Assembly (NCBI GenBank): GCA_951406725.2
Contig: OX597831.1
Location: 12,958,001-13,022,000 of the forward strand
Source: Octopus vulgaris
Taxonomy: Eukaryota
Direction: 5' to 3'
DNA length: 64,000 nucleotides
Position numbers and translations under genes: made by a program. Shown here piece by piece: positions 1-13,202 of this stretch (positions within the stretch are counted from its first letter, which is position 1; every line of letters starts with the position of its first letter). Below the pieces are notes generated by a model that saw only the letters and a program-made list of their open reading frames with translations, searched no databases and was not told the DNA's origin.

Positions 1-405
1 TTCATTAATCATTTTCTCTGCAATTGTGTAAATCTTCACCGACAAGCAATTAGCCAAATCCCATGTTGTTGGGTCAATAATTCATCTGTCCGAATGCTTA
101 GGTCAATAACCATTCCATTCAAATTATATTTCATATCCAGCAACAGCAACAGCAGCAACAACAACAGCAACAACAACACCAACAACAGCAACAATAACTC
201 TTCAAATACTAAATTATGCATTATATCGCTCACTTTTCTACGAGCCCTTTCATGGGTTCCGACTCCCTTGGTAATTGAAACACAAAGAATATTTTTATTC
301 TTTCTCTTTTTCACTCACAGAAACATGCACAGATTCTGTTTATTCTTTTTTTACAGATTTCCCTCTTTGGATTGAGGCCAGTGTTGTCTACAAAAGATTG
401 TAGTC

Positions 406-436
<31 letters not shown>

Positions 437-440
437 GCTA

Positions 441-660
441 AGGTGGCAAGCTGGCAGAATCGTTAGCACGCCGGGCGAAATGCTTAGCGGCACTTCGTCT
501 GTCTACACGTTCTGATTTCAAATTCCGCCGGGGGCGACTTTGCTTTTAGCCTTGTCGGATCGATAAATTAAGTACCAGTGAAACACTGGGGGTCGCTGTA
601 ATCGACTAGTTCCCTCCCACCAAATTTCAGGCCTTCTGCCTTTAGTAGAAAGGATCATTA
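441..660 (+). mobile_element. SINE family A (head GGCGGCGAGCTGGCAGAATCG)
   Basis: tRNA-like head, B-box-like GTTCAAATTCC, conserved core (consensus GTCGACTTTGCCTTTCATCCTTTCGGGGTCGATAAATTAAGTACCAG) shared with over 10 copies in the window. Confidence 0.8.
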
Positions 661-1504
661 AAATAATAACTATTATCATTTCATTTACACACAACAGATT
701 AGACTGTTGCAAAAAGAAAATTCAAACATCGGACTACAACAAGCAATCTTAGATGCCAAGAACCTTCTTAAGTATCCTAGTTGCCCTTAATAATACCGTT
801 TTCAGCTACTACTACTACTACTACTAGATTTTCTTCCTTCAATTTTGCGTCCACTCCTTGCCGAGTGTCTTCTCTATACCTAAGGTAATGAAACTCACTT
901 CATACATTGGTAGGCCATGAAAATAAACACACTAAATTGTTCATTTACAAAGTCCAGTAATGTGAAAGAAGAAAAAAGGAAGAGAAAGTGAAAAACGAAT
1001 CGCGCAGGTCACATGCATTGAGAAGAACATTGTTCGCCCAGCGACAAAGAGCTTCTCGGTACACGTGACGTACCAGTTGGAACAATATTTTGCACTTCTT
1101 GTTACCTTTTGCATTCATCTCTGGCCTTTGTTCTCAGGTTGAAAGCGAGGTTAGTGACCGGAAAGTTGACTGGTTTTACACACATCGGTGTTGGTGCGTA
1201 GTTTGAAATAAAAATTAGACCATTCATTCTGCAAATAACCGGGACCACTCGAAACTTCAGTCACTCGATCGTTGCTGCTCTGTGCATTTAATTTTATACA
1301 AAAGTGCACAATCTTTCTAAATAAACTTCGAGATGTATTAACTATATGAATGCATACATGCACACACACACACACATATGAAATAAACTGCCTGGCTTAA
1401 AGTTACAAAGCGCACATCAATCTGGAAGCTAAGGACACAACCTTATGATGGTGAGACGAACGTATACTCACGTATATACGTATATTCTTAAAAAGACTCC
1501 GCCA

Positions 1505-1812
1505 GTTACGACGACGAGGGTCCCAGCTGATACGATCAACGGAACAGCTTGCTCGTGAAATTAACGTGCAAATGGCTGAGCATTCCACAGACACGTGTAC
1601 CCTTAACGTAGTTCTCTGGGATAATCAGCGTGACACAGAGAGTGACAAGGCTGACCCTTTGAAATACAAGTACAACTCATTTTTGCCAGCTGAGTGGACT
1701 GGAGCAACGTGAAATAAAGTGTCTTGCTCAAGGACACAACGCGTCGCCGGGAATCGAACTCACAACCTTACGATCATGAGCCGAATGCCCTAACCACTAA
1801 GCCACGCGCCCT
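1505..1812 (-). mobile_element. SINE family D (tRNA-derived head GGCGCGTGGCTTAGTGGTTAGGGC)
   Basis: A/B boxes on minus strand; GTGTCCTTGAGCAAGACACTT core; 3' part shared with family C; copies at about 8815, 44985, 59060. Confidence 0.8.
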
Positions 1813-1923
1813 CTATACGTATATACATATGTACATACGTACATATATACATGTGTACGTATAAACATATGTACTTACGTATATACATATGTACGTATAT
1901 ACACATATACGTATATACATATG

Positions 1924-1967
<44 letters not shown>

Positions 1968-1974
1968 CATCTCT

Positions 1975-2320
1975 TTTACTTGCTTTAGTCATTAGACTGC
2001 GACCATGATGGGCATCGCGAATGAATCGATCCAGTACTTCTTTTTTGTTAAGCCTGATTCTTATTCTATCTTTTTGCCGAACCGCTAAGTTATTGGGACG
2101 CAAACACACTAAGACCGGTTGTCAAGTGGTGCTGGAGGACAAACACAAAGGCACAAACACAGACAGACAGACAAACAGACATAGATATATACGACAGATT
2201 TCTTTCAGTGTCTGTCTTCCAAATCCACTTTGGTTGGCCTGAGGCTATAGTAGAAGACACCTGCCCACGGTATGATACAGTGAAGCTGAACATGGAACAA
2301 TGTGGTTGGGAAAGAAGGGT
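1975..2320 (-). mobile_element. SINE family B, diverged
   Basis: Similar to young family B copies at 37175 and 39369. Confidence 0.7.
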
Positions 2321-2429
2321 CAACAGCCATCCAGAAGCTGGGACTGAGAGGCCCCTAATCCTTGTTTAAACATCTCGTCAAGAGACGGAAGACTGTGACG
2401 TAACAACTGCGATTTCGTTTGCATCCAAT

Positions 2430-2828
2430 GATATTCTTTCCTACTCTAGGCGCAAGGCTCGGAACATTTTAGGAGGGAGCCAATAAAATCGACCCCAGTA
2501 CGCAAACTGGTACTTAATTTATCGACCCCGAAAGGATGAAAGGCAAAGTCGACCTCGGCGGAATTTGAACTCAGAACGTAAAGACAAACGAAATACCTAT
2601 TTCTTTACTACCCACAAGGGCTAAACACAGAGAGGACAAACAAGGACAGACAAACGGATTAAGTCGATTATATCGACCCCAGTGCATAACTGGTACTTAT
2701 TTAATCGACCCCGAAAGGATGAAAGGCAAAGTCGACCTTGGCGGAATTTGAACTCAGAACGTAACGGCAGACGAAATACCGCTAAGCATTTCGCCCGGTG
2801 TGCTAACGTGTCTGCCAGCTCGCCGCCT
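2430..2828 (-). mobile_element. SINE family A with 183-nt internal reiteration
   Basis: Body repeated; GAAATACC ends at 2597 and 2780. Confidence 0.85.
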
Positions 2829-3006
2829 TCCCAGTTGAGAAGTCGTACAACGACGCTACCATCACTGACTTCCTACGACGACTGACTGTCTGACTTTATA
2901 GTGACACCTCCCACCATTTTATCACGTGGGAAGGGGAGTTCCATTTTCACTACAACACATACATGCATGCATATATACATACCATACAGTACTATCAAAT
3001 GTATGT

Positions 3007-3272
3007 GGAGACACAATGGTCCAGTGGTTAGGGCAGCGGACTCGCGTTCGTAGGATCGCGGTTTCAATTCCCAGACCGGGCGTTGTAAGTGTTTATTGAG
3101 CTAAAGTTCCACGAGGCTCCGGCAGGGGGTGGTGGCGAACCCTTCTGTACTCTTTCACCACAACTTTTCTCTCACTCTTTCTTCTTGTTTCTGTTAAAAC
3201 ACTCTGTGTCGCTGAATCTCTCCGAGATTAAGGGTACACGTGTCTGTGGAGTGCTCAACCACTTGCACGATT
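3007..3272 (+). mobile_element. SINE family C (tRNA-derived head GGAGGCGCAATGGCCCAGTGGTTAGGGC)
   Basis: A box and B-box-like GGTTTCAATTCC; matches copies at 32012 and 53833. Confidence 0.8.
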
Positions 3273-3729
3273 AAATATACATACATTAAAAAAGACAAAA
3301 AGCGGAATTGTTAGTATGACAGAGAAGATCCTAAGCGGCATTTCATCCGTCTTTACGTTCCTGAGTTCAAATTCCGCCGAAGTCGAGCTTGCCTTTCACA
3401 AATAAAATAAGAACCAGTTAAACACTGAGATCGATGTAATCGAATTATTCCTTCTTGCGAAATTGCTGATTTTGTGCCAAGTTTTGGAGCCATTATTAAA
3501 CGTTTAAAAAGCGGGAAATTTATACGAATTTAGCCAACGAAAAAACCCGTAAAAATGATCCTACTTTATGAAATAAAAGGTATCTCTGTAACTTTTTCAG
3601 AGATGAAAATACTTCTCTGTTATTCAGTTGAAAAACTGATATGTAAGCAACAGTTGTAACCGGCAATTCAACAACAAACTAGAATGGATAGAACAACAAG
3701 AACAAGAACCAAAGCAGCAGCATTAACAG

Positions 3730-4087
3730 TGGAGGCGCAATGGCCCAATGGTTAGGGCAGCGGACTCGCGGTCGGAGGATCACGGTTTCGATTCCCAGAC
3801 CGGGCGTTGTGTGTGTTTATTGAGCGAAAACACCTAAAGCTCCACGAGACTCCGGCCGTAGATGGTGGCGACCCCTGTTGTATTCTTTCGCCTCAACTTT
3901 TCTCTCGCTCTTTCTTCCTGTTTATTGTCCCCGACTTCCTACGCAACCGCGGAGCCTGGATGTGCATTCATCCATCCGTCGATGCTCTCGGTGTCGGGGG
4001 TTGACCTGCTTTCTCTTCTGCGGGTCTTACGAATAGCAAAGGACCACGTTTCGGACTTCTCCCACTACAGAAGACCACTTCACTCAA
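3730..4087 (+). mobile_element. SINE family C variant with (CAA)-type tail and 16-bp TSD
   Basis: AGCAGCAGCATTAACA at 3713-3728 and 4098-4113; same variant at 27033. Confidence 0.85.
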
Positions 4088-4559
4088 CAGCAACAACAGC
4101 AGCAGCATTAACAAACGAGAAACATTTTGACAGCATTGATGGAAATGTTATGACAGAGAACACGCTCACTTCAGTATAATTTCAGTAGAGAGATGCGGAA
4201 AGAAACTGAGCATACAAATGCACACACACACACAAAACGGCTACCGGAGCATAGGATGTGATAAAACTGGACGAAGAAGAAGAAACGTCTGTTCTCACAG
4301 CGAAGTCTAACGCATTCAAGAAGGTTATTAATATTGATTGGCGTTGCCTATCTGAAATTCATAAACCTTTCAAGCAAATTAGATGAAAATTAGGAAATGG
4401 CAGTTACGGCGATTATAATTACTCTCTCAGGATTGCAGATGATAATAGCGGGAACTCTGGTCCATCTGCAAACTCTTGCACCTATCTCTCCCCGCCCCGA
4501 CAATAGCTATTGATAAAAGCAATAATAATGATGATGCTGATAATGCTGATAATGATCAT

Positions 4560-4616
<57 letters not shown>

Positions 4617-4724
4617 CATCCTTGTTACCAAACCTCAAGGTAACATACCTGCTAACTAGATTAGCATAGTCTAGCGTAACAACAACAACAACAACAAAAA
4701 GTAATAATAATAATAATAATGATA

Positions 4725-4933
4725 ATCCTTTCTTCTATAAGCACTAGGCCTGAAATTTGCGAGGAGGCGATTTTTGAGCACATCGACCCCAGTATGTCAC
4801 TGGTACTTAATTTAACAATATCGAATGGATGAAAAGCGAAGTCGACCTCGACGGAATTTGAACTCAGAACGCAGCGACGGGTGAAACACCACTGAGCATT
4901 TTGTTCAGCGCGCTAACGATTCTGTCAGCTCGC
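4725..4933 (-). mobile_element. SINE family A, diverged
   Basis: Core and head recognisable on minus strand; (TAA)n flanks. Confidence 0.7.
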
Positions 4934-4976
4934 AGTCTTAGTAATAACAATTATAACAATGATGATGATGATGATG

Positions 4977-5022
<46 letters not shown>

Positions 5023-5109
5023 GAAGAAGAAGAAGAAGAAGAAGAAGAAACATAGATATTGCCATACCTCAGGATACACAGGTAGGTGATAAAGAACTGG
5101 AAAATGTTT

Positions 5110-5283
5110 GGTAGGGGGCCAGAATTAGATCGACCCCACTACGCAAATGGTACTTATTTTATCGACTCCGAAAGATGAAAGGCAAAGTCGACCTCGGCGG
5201 AATTTGAACTCTGAACGTAAAGACTAACGAAATGCCTCGAAGCATTTTGCTCGGCATGCTGACTCTTCCGCCAGCTCGCCGCA
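5110..5283 (-). mobile_element. SINE family A
   Basis: Core and head on minus strand. Confidence 0.75.
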
Positions 5284-5330
5284 TTAAAAATATAATAATA
5301 ATATTTTTCAAAATTCCTTCCACTAACATA

Positions 5331-5700
5331 GGCGCAGGAGTGGCTGTGTGGTAAGTAGCTTGCTAACCAACCACATGGTTCCGGGTTCAGTCCCACTGCG
5401 TGGCATCTTGGGCAAGTGTCTTCTGCTATAGCCCCGGAAACTGAAAGAAGCCTGTCGTATATATGTATATATATGTATGTATGTGTGTGTGTTTGTGTGT
5501 CTGTGTTTGTCCCCCTAGCATTGCTTGACAACCGATGCTGGTGTGTTTACGTCCGCGTAACTTAGCGGTTCGGCAAAAGACACCGATAGAATAAGTACTG
5601 GGCTTACAAAGAATAAGTCTCGGGGTCGATTTGCTCGACTAAAGGCGGTGCTCCAGCATGGCCGCAGTCAAATGACTGAAACAAGTAAAAGAGTAAAAGA
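5331..5700 (+). mobile_element. SINE family B (head GGCGCAGGAGTGGCTGTGTGGTAAG; internal TA/TG microsatellite; (GTAAAAGA)n tail)
   Basis: Near-identical to 37175-37580 and 38223-38643 apart from an internal deletion. Confidence 0.85.
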
Positions 5701-5760
5701 GAGAGTATGCACACAAAGACATATATATATATATATATGAGGTTTTACTTTACCAAAGTT

Positions 5761-5815
<55 letters not shown>

Positions 5816-6260
5816 ACATTTGCTGAACAATTCTGCGCAGTGGGTCGAAGATGATTTCTCGTAATGGTGAAAAGCATGTGAAGAGCATATTTTTCTCAGA
5901 AGAAAATGCTGATTGCCTGCTCGTAAGAAAATATTTCAAAATAAACATGATGCTGCGATGCCTAAAACAAAAGGAAAATGTATGAAATTGCAGAACCAAC
6001 TCAGTGAAACGGTAGAGATAAAAACAAGACAAAGTGACACACAGACTCTGATTATCATTGGCTGAAGATAACAGTGCGGAGATGTTTTCTGTTTTTCTTT
6101 CTCTTCTTCTTTACCTTGAGGTAAGGAGGGAAATAGAGACAGAGAGAAAGAGGAAGACAGGGAAGAGCGAGAGATCTGGAATGGGCCAAAAAACCATGGA
6201 ATAAGTAGAAAAGAAAGCAGGCATGCACACACTCGCACGCGCATACATACACACACACAA

Positions 6261-6315
<55 letters not shown>

Positions 6316-6318
<3 letters not shown>

Positions 6319-6754
6319 AATAGTAAAAGGTGATAAAACTACAGAAGGCTTGTTTTAAAAGGTTAAAAAATATATATTTGAGTCATTATGTTGGAAGAAT
6401 GTTATAAATTTGTTTCATACAGTGACATAATTTTTGAAGAAATTACCGGTTTCGTGTATAAGTTTTCAAATTTCTTCAATTCATCATCTAGATGTGTTGC
6501 GTGCAACTACAAAACATTGCACGCAACACATCTAGATGATACATTACAATCAATTGAGAAATTTAAAACTTATACACGAAACCGGTAATTTCTTCGAAAA
6601 TTATGTCACTGTATGAAAAAATTTATAACATTCTTCTGACATAATGACTCAAATATATATTTTTTAACCTTTTAAAACAAGCCTTCTGTATTTTTTTCAC
6701 TTTTTACTATTTTCTATATATTCAACCACGTGCTTTCACACACCAACTTTCTCA

Positions 6755-6756
<2 letters not shown>
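6316..6756. mobile_element. Fold-back element in (TA)n: about 190-bp inverted arms plus one-sided tail, HHR-like motif in each arm
   Basis: Arms 6316-6506 and 6517-6714; unpaired tail 6721-6756; (TA)n on both sides. Confidence 0.8.
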
Positions 6757-6830
<74 letters not shown>

Positions 6831-7257
6831 CATATACACCAATTTAGGGGATGGAGTAAATAAAATTCAGGCTACATATGTTTCTTAGGTAGGAGAACCC
6901 CAGAAGTAGTAATTTCTAAAACGAGGGGTTCTCCGTCAGCTAATCATCAGGCCAAAGATACCTTAGTCAAATGAAGGTTACATTGTCGACGAGGGATCCC
7001 TTGTTAATTCAGCTTCATCCTCAAATCTTACCTTTACATATATATTTATAAATATGTATACATATATATGTGTGTCTACTTAACATAATGTATAATACAT
7101 AATATATTATATATAAATACATTATATAGGAAAATTTATACACGTGAGGTTACAAACATGGTTTAATTACAAAACACAACAATTGTTTCTGGGCAGTGAT
7201 ACCAGTTATTAGTTGCTGATTTATATATATAATGCACACACACACACACACACACAA

Positions 7258-7314
<57 letters not shown>

Positions 7315-7399
7315 TACACACACGCGTTATACCATTATACATGCATGTGTGTGTATGTATGCATCTGTGTGAATGTATGTATGTATGTATGTATATATC

Positions 7400-7448
<49 letters not shown>

Positions 7449-8242
7449 ATATATATATATATTAACTGGTACATACGTATATATATATACATCTGAAGAG
7501 AAACGTTACAGTTGCCTAGGTGTAGGTTAGGTGAAAACATATCTTACGATGATACGCAGCAGTAAAGGATATAACAGCCAGATAATAAATTTACGAACTT
7601 CGGAACTCACGGTACACAATATATTCGTGTCCTACAATATGTTTGCCGCACCAATAATCACACCGTACTTTGAGATTCTGTTATTGGGGATATTCCGTGA
7701 TTGTAAATTTTCCGATATTGTTAATATTTTAGGAGATTTTTAAGCAAAAATACTTATTATGTAGCATAAATATGGAATTGCAGTAATCAAGAAAGAGAAA
7801 TAGAATATAATGGATATCATTTTTACGCTTATGTGTTTGTTTTGTAAAATTCCTGGTGTGAAATCTTCTGTGGAAACAGATGTTGTTATATTTCGGGACG
7901 ATCATTTCTGTTTTTGGCAATTAACCACACGTACTTTACACTTGGTCTCCACTTCAGCTTGTTATTCTTATTTTCTTGTTATTCTTATTTTCTGTTGAAG
8001 AACAGGAAGAGACACGTGGGATAGAGAGTTGCTGAAGAGGTCACAGGAGGTGTAACAAAATAGTTTAGACAAAGGACACTAAAATAAAAATAATAATAAA
8101 GCTGAAATGAAGACCAAGTTCATAGTGAGTATGGTCGACAGAAACTGAAGGAATCTCGTCGTGTGTGTATATGTATGTACGTATGTATGTATATATGTAT
8201 GTGTGAATGTATATAAATATATATGTATGTGTTATGTATATC

Positions 8243-8276
<34 letters not shown>

Positions 8277-8388
8277 TGTATGTATGTATGTATGTGTGAA
8301 TGTATATATATATATATGTATGTGTTATGTATATCTATGTATGTATGTGTGTGTGTGAATGTATATAAATATATATGTATGTGTTATG

Positions 8389-8420
<32 letters not shown>

Positions 8421-8814
8421 TGTATGTATGTACGTATGTGTGTGTGTGTGTGAGTGTATATAAATATATATGTGTGTGTGTGTGTTATGTATATCTATAT
8501 ATGTATCTGTATGTGTATCTTAGTGATTGCGTTTGTCCGCATCACCACCTGACGACTAGTGTTGGTTGCAGGAGATAGCGTTCCGACAAAAAAAAAAAAA
8601 AAGATAATAGAAGAGGTATGAAACCTTTAAAAAATAAGTACAGGGGGTTTGTTCGACTAAACCCTTCGAGGCAATACCCTAGCATGGCTGTAGCCTACAT
8701 GACCCAAACAAGTAAACGATGAAAGACAAACGATAGAGCAAAACTCACACGCTTTTCTTATTGTCAGTCGTTATCACCTTTAATCAGTCGACGAAAAAAA
8801 AAAAATTAATAAAT

Positions 8815-9060
8815 GTGCCCCTTTAAAGCCTCGACAGGCTCATGGGCCCGGTTTCCCGGTTTTTATGGCGTATGTGTTCCCCAGCTGGACGGGACGCCAT
8901 TCCATCGCAGCGTTACTCATTTTTGCCAGCTGAGTAGACTGCAGCAACGTGAAATGAAGTGTTTTGCTCAAGAACACAACGCGTCGCCCAGTCCAGGAAT
9001 CGAAACCACAATCTTACGATCATGGTGCTGACACCCTAACCACTAAGCCACGTGCCTCCA
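8815..9060 (-). mobile_element. SINE family D-related
   Basis: tRNA-like head GGAGGCACGTGGCTTAGTGGTTAGGG on minus strand; CTTGAGCAAAACACTT core. Confidence 0.75.
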
Positions 9061-9119
9061 CGTTCAGTTTCCACACTTGACCACATGTTGCCTTATCTTT
9101 TATTTTTTATCTCCCACCT

Positions 9120-9384
9120 GTTTCAGACATTTGATTACGGCCATACTGGGGCACCACCTTGAAGTGCTTCAGTCGATCATATCGACCCCAGGACTTACTT
9201 CTTATTTTTAAGCCGAGTACTTATTCTATCGATATCTCCTGCCGACCCGCTAACTTAAAAGGACGTTAGCACACGAACACCGATTGCCAAGCAGTGGTGG
9301 CGGACAAAGACAGACACAAAGACACACACGGATATATGCCTATCTATCTATCTGTCTATCTATCTATCTATCTATCTATCTACC

Positions 9385-9480
<96 letters not shown>

Positions 9481-9502
9481 CCTATCTACCTCTATCTATC
9501 TA

Positions 9503-9570
<68 letters not shown>

Positions 9571-10010
9571 ATTCTTTATAGAATTAAGGATAAGACCACT
9601 TTAATGATTTTATCAAGTGGTCAGCGTGAATAAAGTCTGATGGGTAATTGTTATATATATTATTTATATAATTATATACATATATATATATATATATCAA
9701 AGGGATCGGAAGAACATCTCCACACGCTAGTGATAGACCCCATTTAGTGCCATTTAGCGTCTATCTCTAGCTCGTGGAGAGGTTCTTCCGATCCATTTGA
9801 CATACTATGTATGTAATTATATATATATATATATACATACATACATACATACATACATACAAAGGACTTCTTTCAGTACCAGTCTACCAAATCCACTCAC
9901 AAGGCTTTCGTCTACGCAAGGCTATACAAGAAGATACTTGCCCAAACTGCCATGCAGCGTGTAACTGAACCCGGAACCATGTGGTTGGGCAGCAAACTTT
10001 TTACCACACA
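9120..10010 (-). mobile_element. SINE family B split by microsatellite expansion and nested inserts
   Basis: 3' half at 9120-9330, 5' half at 9860-10010, separated by (TATC)n, (TA)n and a hairpin element. Confidence 0.65.
9697..9800. repeat. 42-bp-arm inverted repeat in (TA)n
   Basis: Arms 9697-9738 and 9759-9800 with few mismatches. Confidence 0.8.
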
Positions 10011-10034
10011 CACACACACACGCACGCTTGCGTT

Positions 10035-10070
<36 letters not shown>

Positions 10071-10564
10071 GCAATTCACCGTTAGGTTTTAATGTTCTCT
10101 TTTATTGCATTTAATCAGCAACGTTATAGACCACACAATGCGGCGTGTAGCGTAGAATAAACACCATCTAAAACACAACACTAGGCGTTTCACGTCGTAT
10201 TTGCACAGCGTCCATTTCTACAAATGGCTGCAGCGGAAGCAAATAAACTAACTCCCTGCAGTCAATCTTCTTTACTAATATGAGGAAATCAAGCCTCTGT
10301 ACATATTAATGAGTTTAAGGAAAATCAATGAACCGAGGTTATCCCAACACCCAGTAGACATCATCTCCCACTAAGGGGATTTAATGCATTTAATACCCGT
10401 GAGTATGTATGTGTGTGCATTTGTATGTGTATGTGTGTGTTTGTATGTGTATGTGCGTGTGTGTGTGTCTGTGTCTATATATGTATGTTTATATATATAT
10501 GCATATATGCATGTATATGAACATACATACATATATACATACATATATATATATATACCCCTCT

Positions 10565-11010
10565 CCTCTCTCTCCACGTGACCGGTGTTCCGCCAAACCA
10601 GACCTTTCTTGTCATCTCTTATATCCCTGCCGCAAGGCTTCACTTCCACACACACGCCAGCTTAATTTAATTCGTCCTTAGTTGAAAGACACCTGTTGTT
10701 AATGTCCTGTTATTTGCATTTGTATTTGTGTACCATTTCTCCGTTTTCTTTTTCGACTTTGTTTTCGGATACATTCGCTGGTTTCCTCCAAGGAATCTAG
10801 TGCTCTTAGCTTAGTTTTTTCCTAGGGGCTGGCCAGATTGGAGCAATCTAGAGTATAACCAGCCGAAATTGCAAAGATAATGTGGAACGCGACTGAGGAA
10901 AGAAAACTTCGAATGACCCGTCCTTGTTTTTTCTTGTCCCTTTTTTTGTATCATATAAATGGCTGGATGTTTTGCGTTCTTGTCCCATTTTTTGTATTCC
11001 TTTATACACA
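10565..11010 (+). mobile_element. Unclassified interspersed repeat bounded by TA microsatellite
   Basis: Reverse-complement homolog at about 37590-38070. Confidence 0.7.
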
Positions 11011-11024
11011 CATAGGACAATGTC

Positions 11025-11117
11025 TGGCTTAAAAAGCCACATGAGATGCCATGATGCTTCTCATGTGTAAGTACAGGAGGTGGTCAAACTCTGCATAGGG
11101 AGTAGACAACCACCATA
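11025..11117 (+). mobile_element. 3' end of RTE-like LINE
   Basis: Encodes SGLKSHMRCH (C2H2-finger end); same 3' end inverted at about 14722-14800. Confidence 0.55.
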
Positions 11118-11477
11118 TGCTACGAGGACGTAAACACACCAGCATCGGTTGTCAAGCGATGGCGGAGGGACACACACACACACATATACGACGGGCTTCT
11201 TTCAATTTCCGTCTGCCAAATTCACTTACAAGGCTTTGGTCGGCTCGAAGCTACAGTAGAAGACACTTGCCCAAGTTGCCATGCAGTGGGACTGAACCCG
11301 GTATCATGTGTTTGGGAAGCAAGCTTCTTACCACACAGCCATTCCTGCGCCTATATGTATGTATATCTATGTATGTATGTATGTATGTATGTATGTATGT
11401 ATGTATGTATGTATGTATGTATGTATGTATGTATGTGTGTGTGTATGCATGTATGTATATATGTATGTTTGTATGCA

Positions 11478-11972
11478 TGGTCGGGTCGTCGGCGACTAAA
11501 CCCCACCAAGCTTGCTTGGTGAGGAGGGTGTTTATTGGACACCCTGCGGGATGAAAAACAAAACCCGTCAAAGGGCGGAGGACCTCTTGAGAGTCAACGG
11601 CCATCCAATAAATGTCTTAAGGCTGTATCATGTGCGGCGACATAGAAATAATTGGACTGAATACCTGATCGCGCAGTTAAACCATTGGAAATGAAGGACT
11701 CCTAGCCTTTGTTAGGGCATCCTTCTAGGAGAAGGTAACTCAGGTAACTGGGATAACACCGAAATAAAACTTGCAGCTCAGTGGTTACCGATGATGTTGA
11801 CTTGTTCTTCGTTTTGGATTATGGCTGCTGTTGCTTAGTGAGTGGGATTGACTCAGTGCACAGCCTTTCCTCACTTTAAAGAAAAAAGTCTTCTTGCACA
11901 GGCATTGCACGATAACAATACTGATTAAGCTACGTGCAATGGCCATACTCGATAACGAGGGGGCAGCAACCA
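11478..11972 (+). mobile_element. Non-autonomous RTE-related element flanked by (TATG)n
   Basis: GGGCATCCTTCTAGGAGAAGGTAACTC resembles the conserved RTE 5'UTR motif; no ORF. Confidence 0.5.
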
Positions 11973-12060
11973 TGTATGTATGTATGTATGTATGTATGTA
12001 TGTATGTATGTATGTATGTATGTATGTATGTATGTATGTATGTATGTATGTGTGTGTGTG

Positions 12061-12130
<70 letters not shown>

Positions 12131-12976
12131 ATTGAAGATGTTATATTTAATAGAGTAATGAGGTCAGGCGCGGTGACGACCGAGAAGAAATTGAAGTTTT
12201 GCGGCCTTTATTAATTGTGAGTATCTTGTCAAACAGCCGAGGTGTGGACCTGTGGTGGAGTGTGTGTGTGTGTGCCGTCTGTGGGTTGTGCTTAGGGCGT
12301 CAGTTGACCTTAATCTAATCTTGATTAACATATATCCAAACGTACACACACACTCACTCACACACACGCACACACACGCACGCACACACACACATATTCA
12401 TTCGCACAATGACCAACACACGCTATTTACACTTGTCTAGCACACGTATATCAAGTACATCGTAGTACGTAGCTGTTCATTGTAAACAATGCTTTAAGTA
12501 TATGATTACATTGTGGTGGCATCTGAAGACACATGTTTGCACAACCCAAAATAGCTATCACACGCACACGTATACGAACACACATATACACACACGTCCA
12601 CACACACACACGCACGGACACATGCACGCAAACCATATAGTGCACATGCGCACACAACAAGCCTCTAGGTAGCATTACTTGTATTAATACATCAACAACA
12701 CCAACGCACATAGATTCAATGAGACACGATCGTCAGTCGAGATCCATAAATACATCGAGTCTCGCTCTCCTCCTCCTCGTCTCTCGATGATATACATGTA
12801 GACATCACATACCGACACACACACACACACATACTCACACAGATATCTTTAACGATTCTATGATAGCATCAGCGTGAGATCATGTTCAAAGAAATGATGA
12901 AATGATTTTCCATCTACACAACTAGAAGCCATATATATATATATAAATATATATATACATACACCTACAAGTGTGT

Positions 12977-13024
<48 letters not shown>

Positions 13025-13090
13025 AATATATTTATCAATTAATCAGTCTGTCTGTCTGTCAGTTTATCTGTATATTTATCGCTGTATTTA

Positions 13091-13122
<32 letters not shown>

Positions 13123-13171
13123 GAATGGTTCATACATGTCTCTACGAGAGATTTAGAAATTTAGTATTTCT

Positions 13172-13202
<31 letters not shown>

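Noticed and set aside
1138-1149. Possible 12-nt microexon (CTCAG|GTTGAAAGCGAG|GTTAGT)
   Set aside because: Such matches are expected by chance; no supporting exons in the window.
3730-3805. tRNA gene-like sequence (also other SINE heads)
   Set aside because: Head of a multi-copy SINE; no complete cloverleaf or terminator.
4040-4075. CTGTAGT-GGGAGAAGTCC-GAAA-CG-TG on minus strand in SINE C variant
   Set aside because: Resembles the minimal HHR but lacks stem I and a UH site.
6905-6955. CTGATGA...GAAA on minus strand
   Set aside because: No stem I pairing or convincing cleavage triplet.
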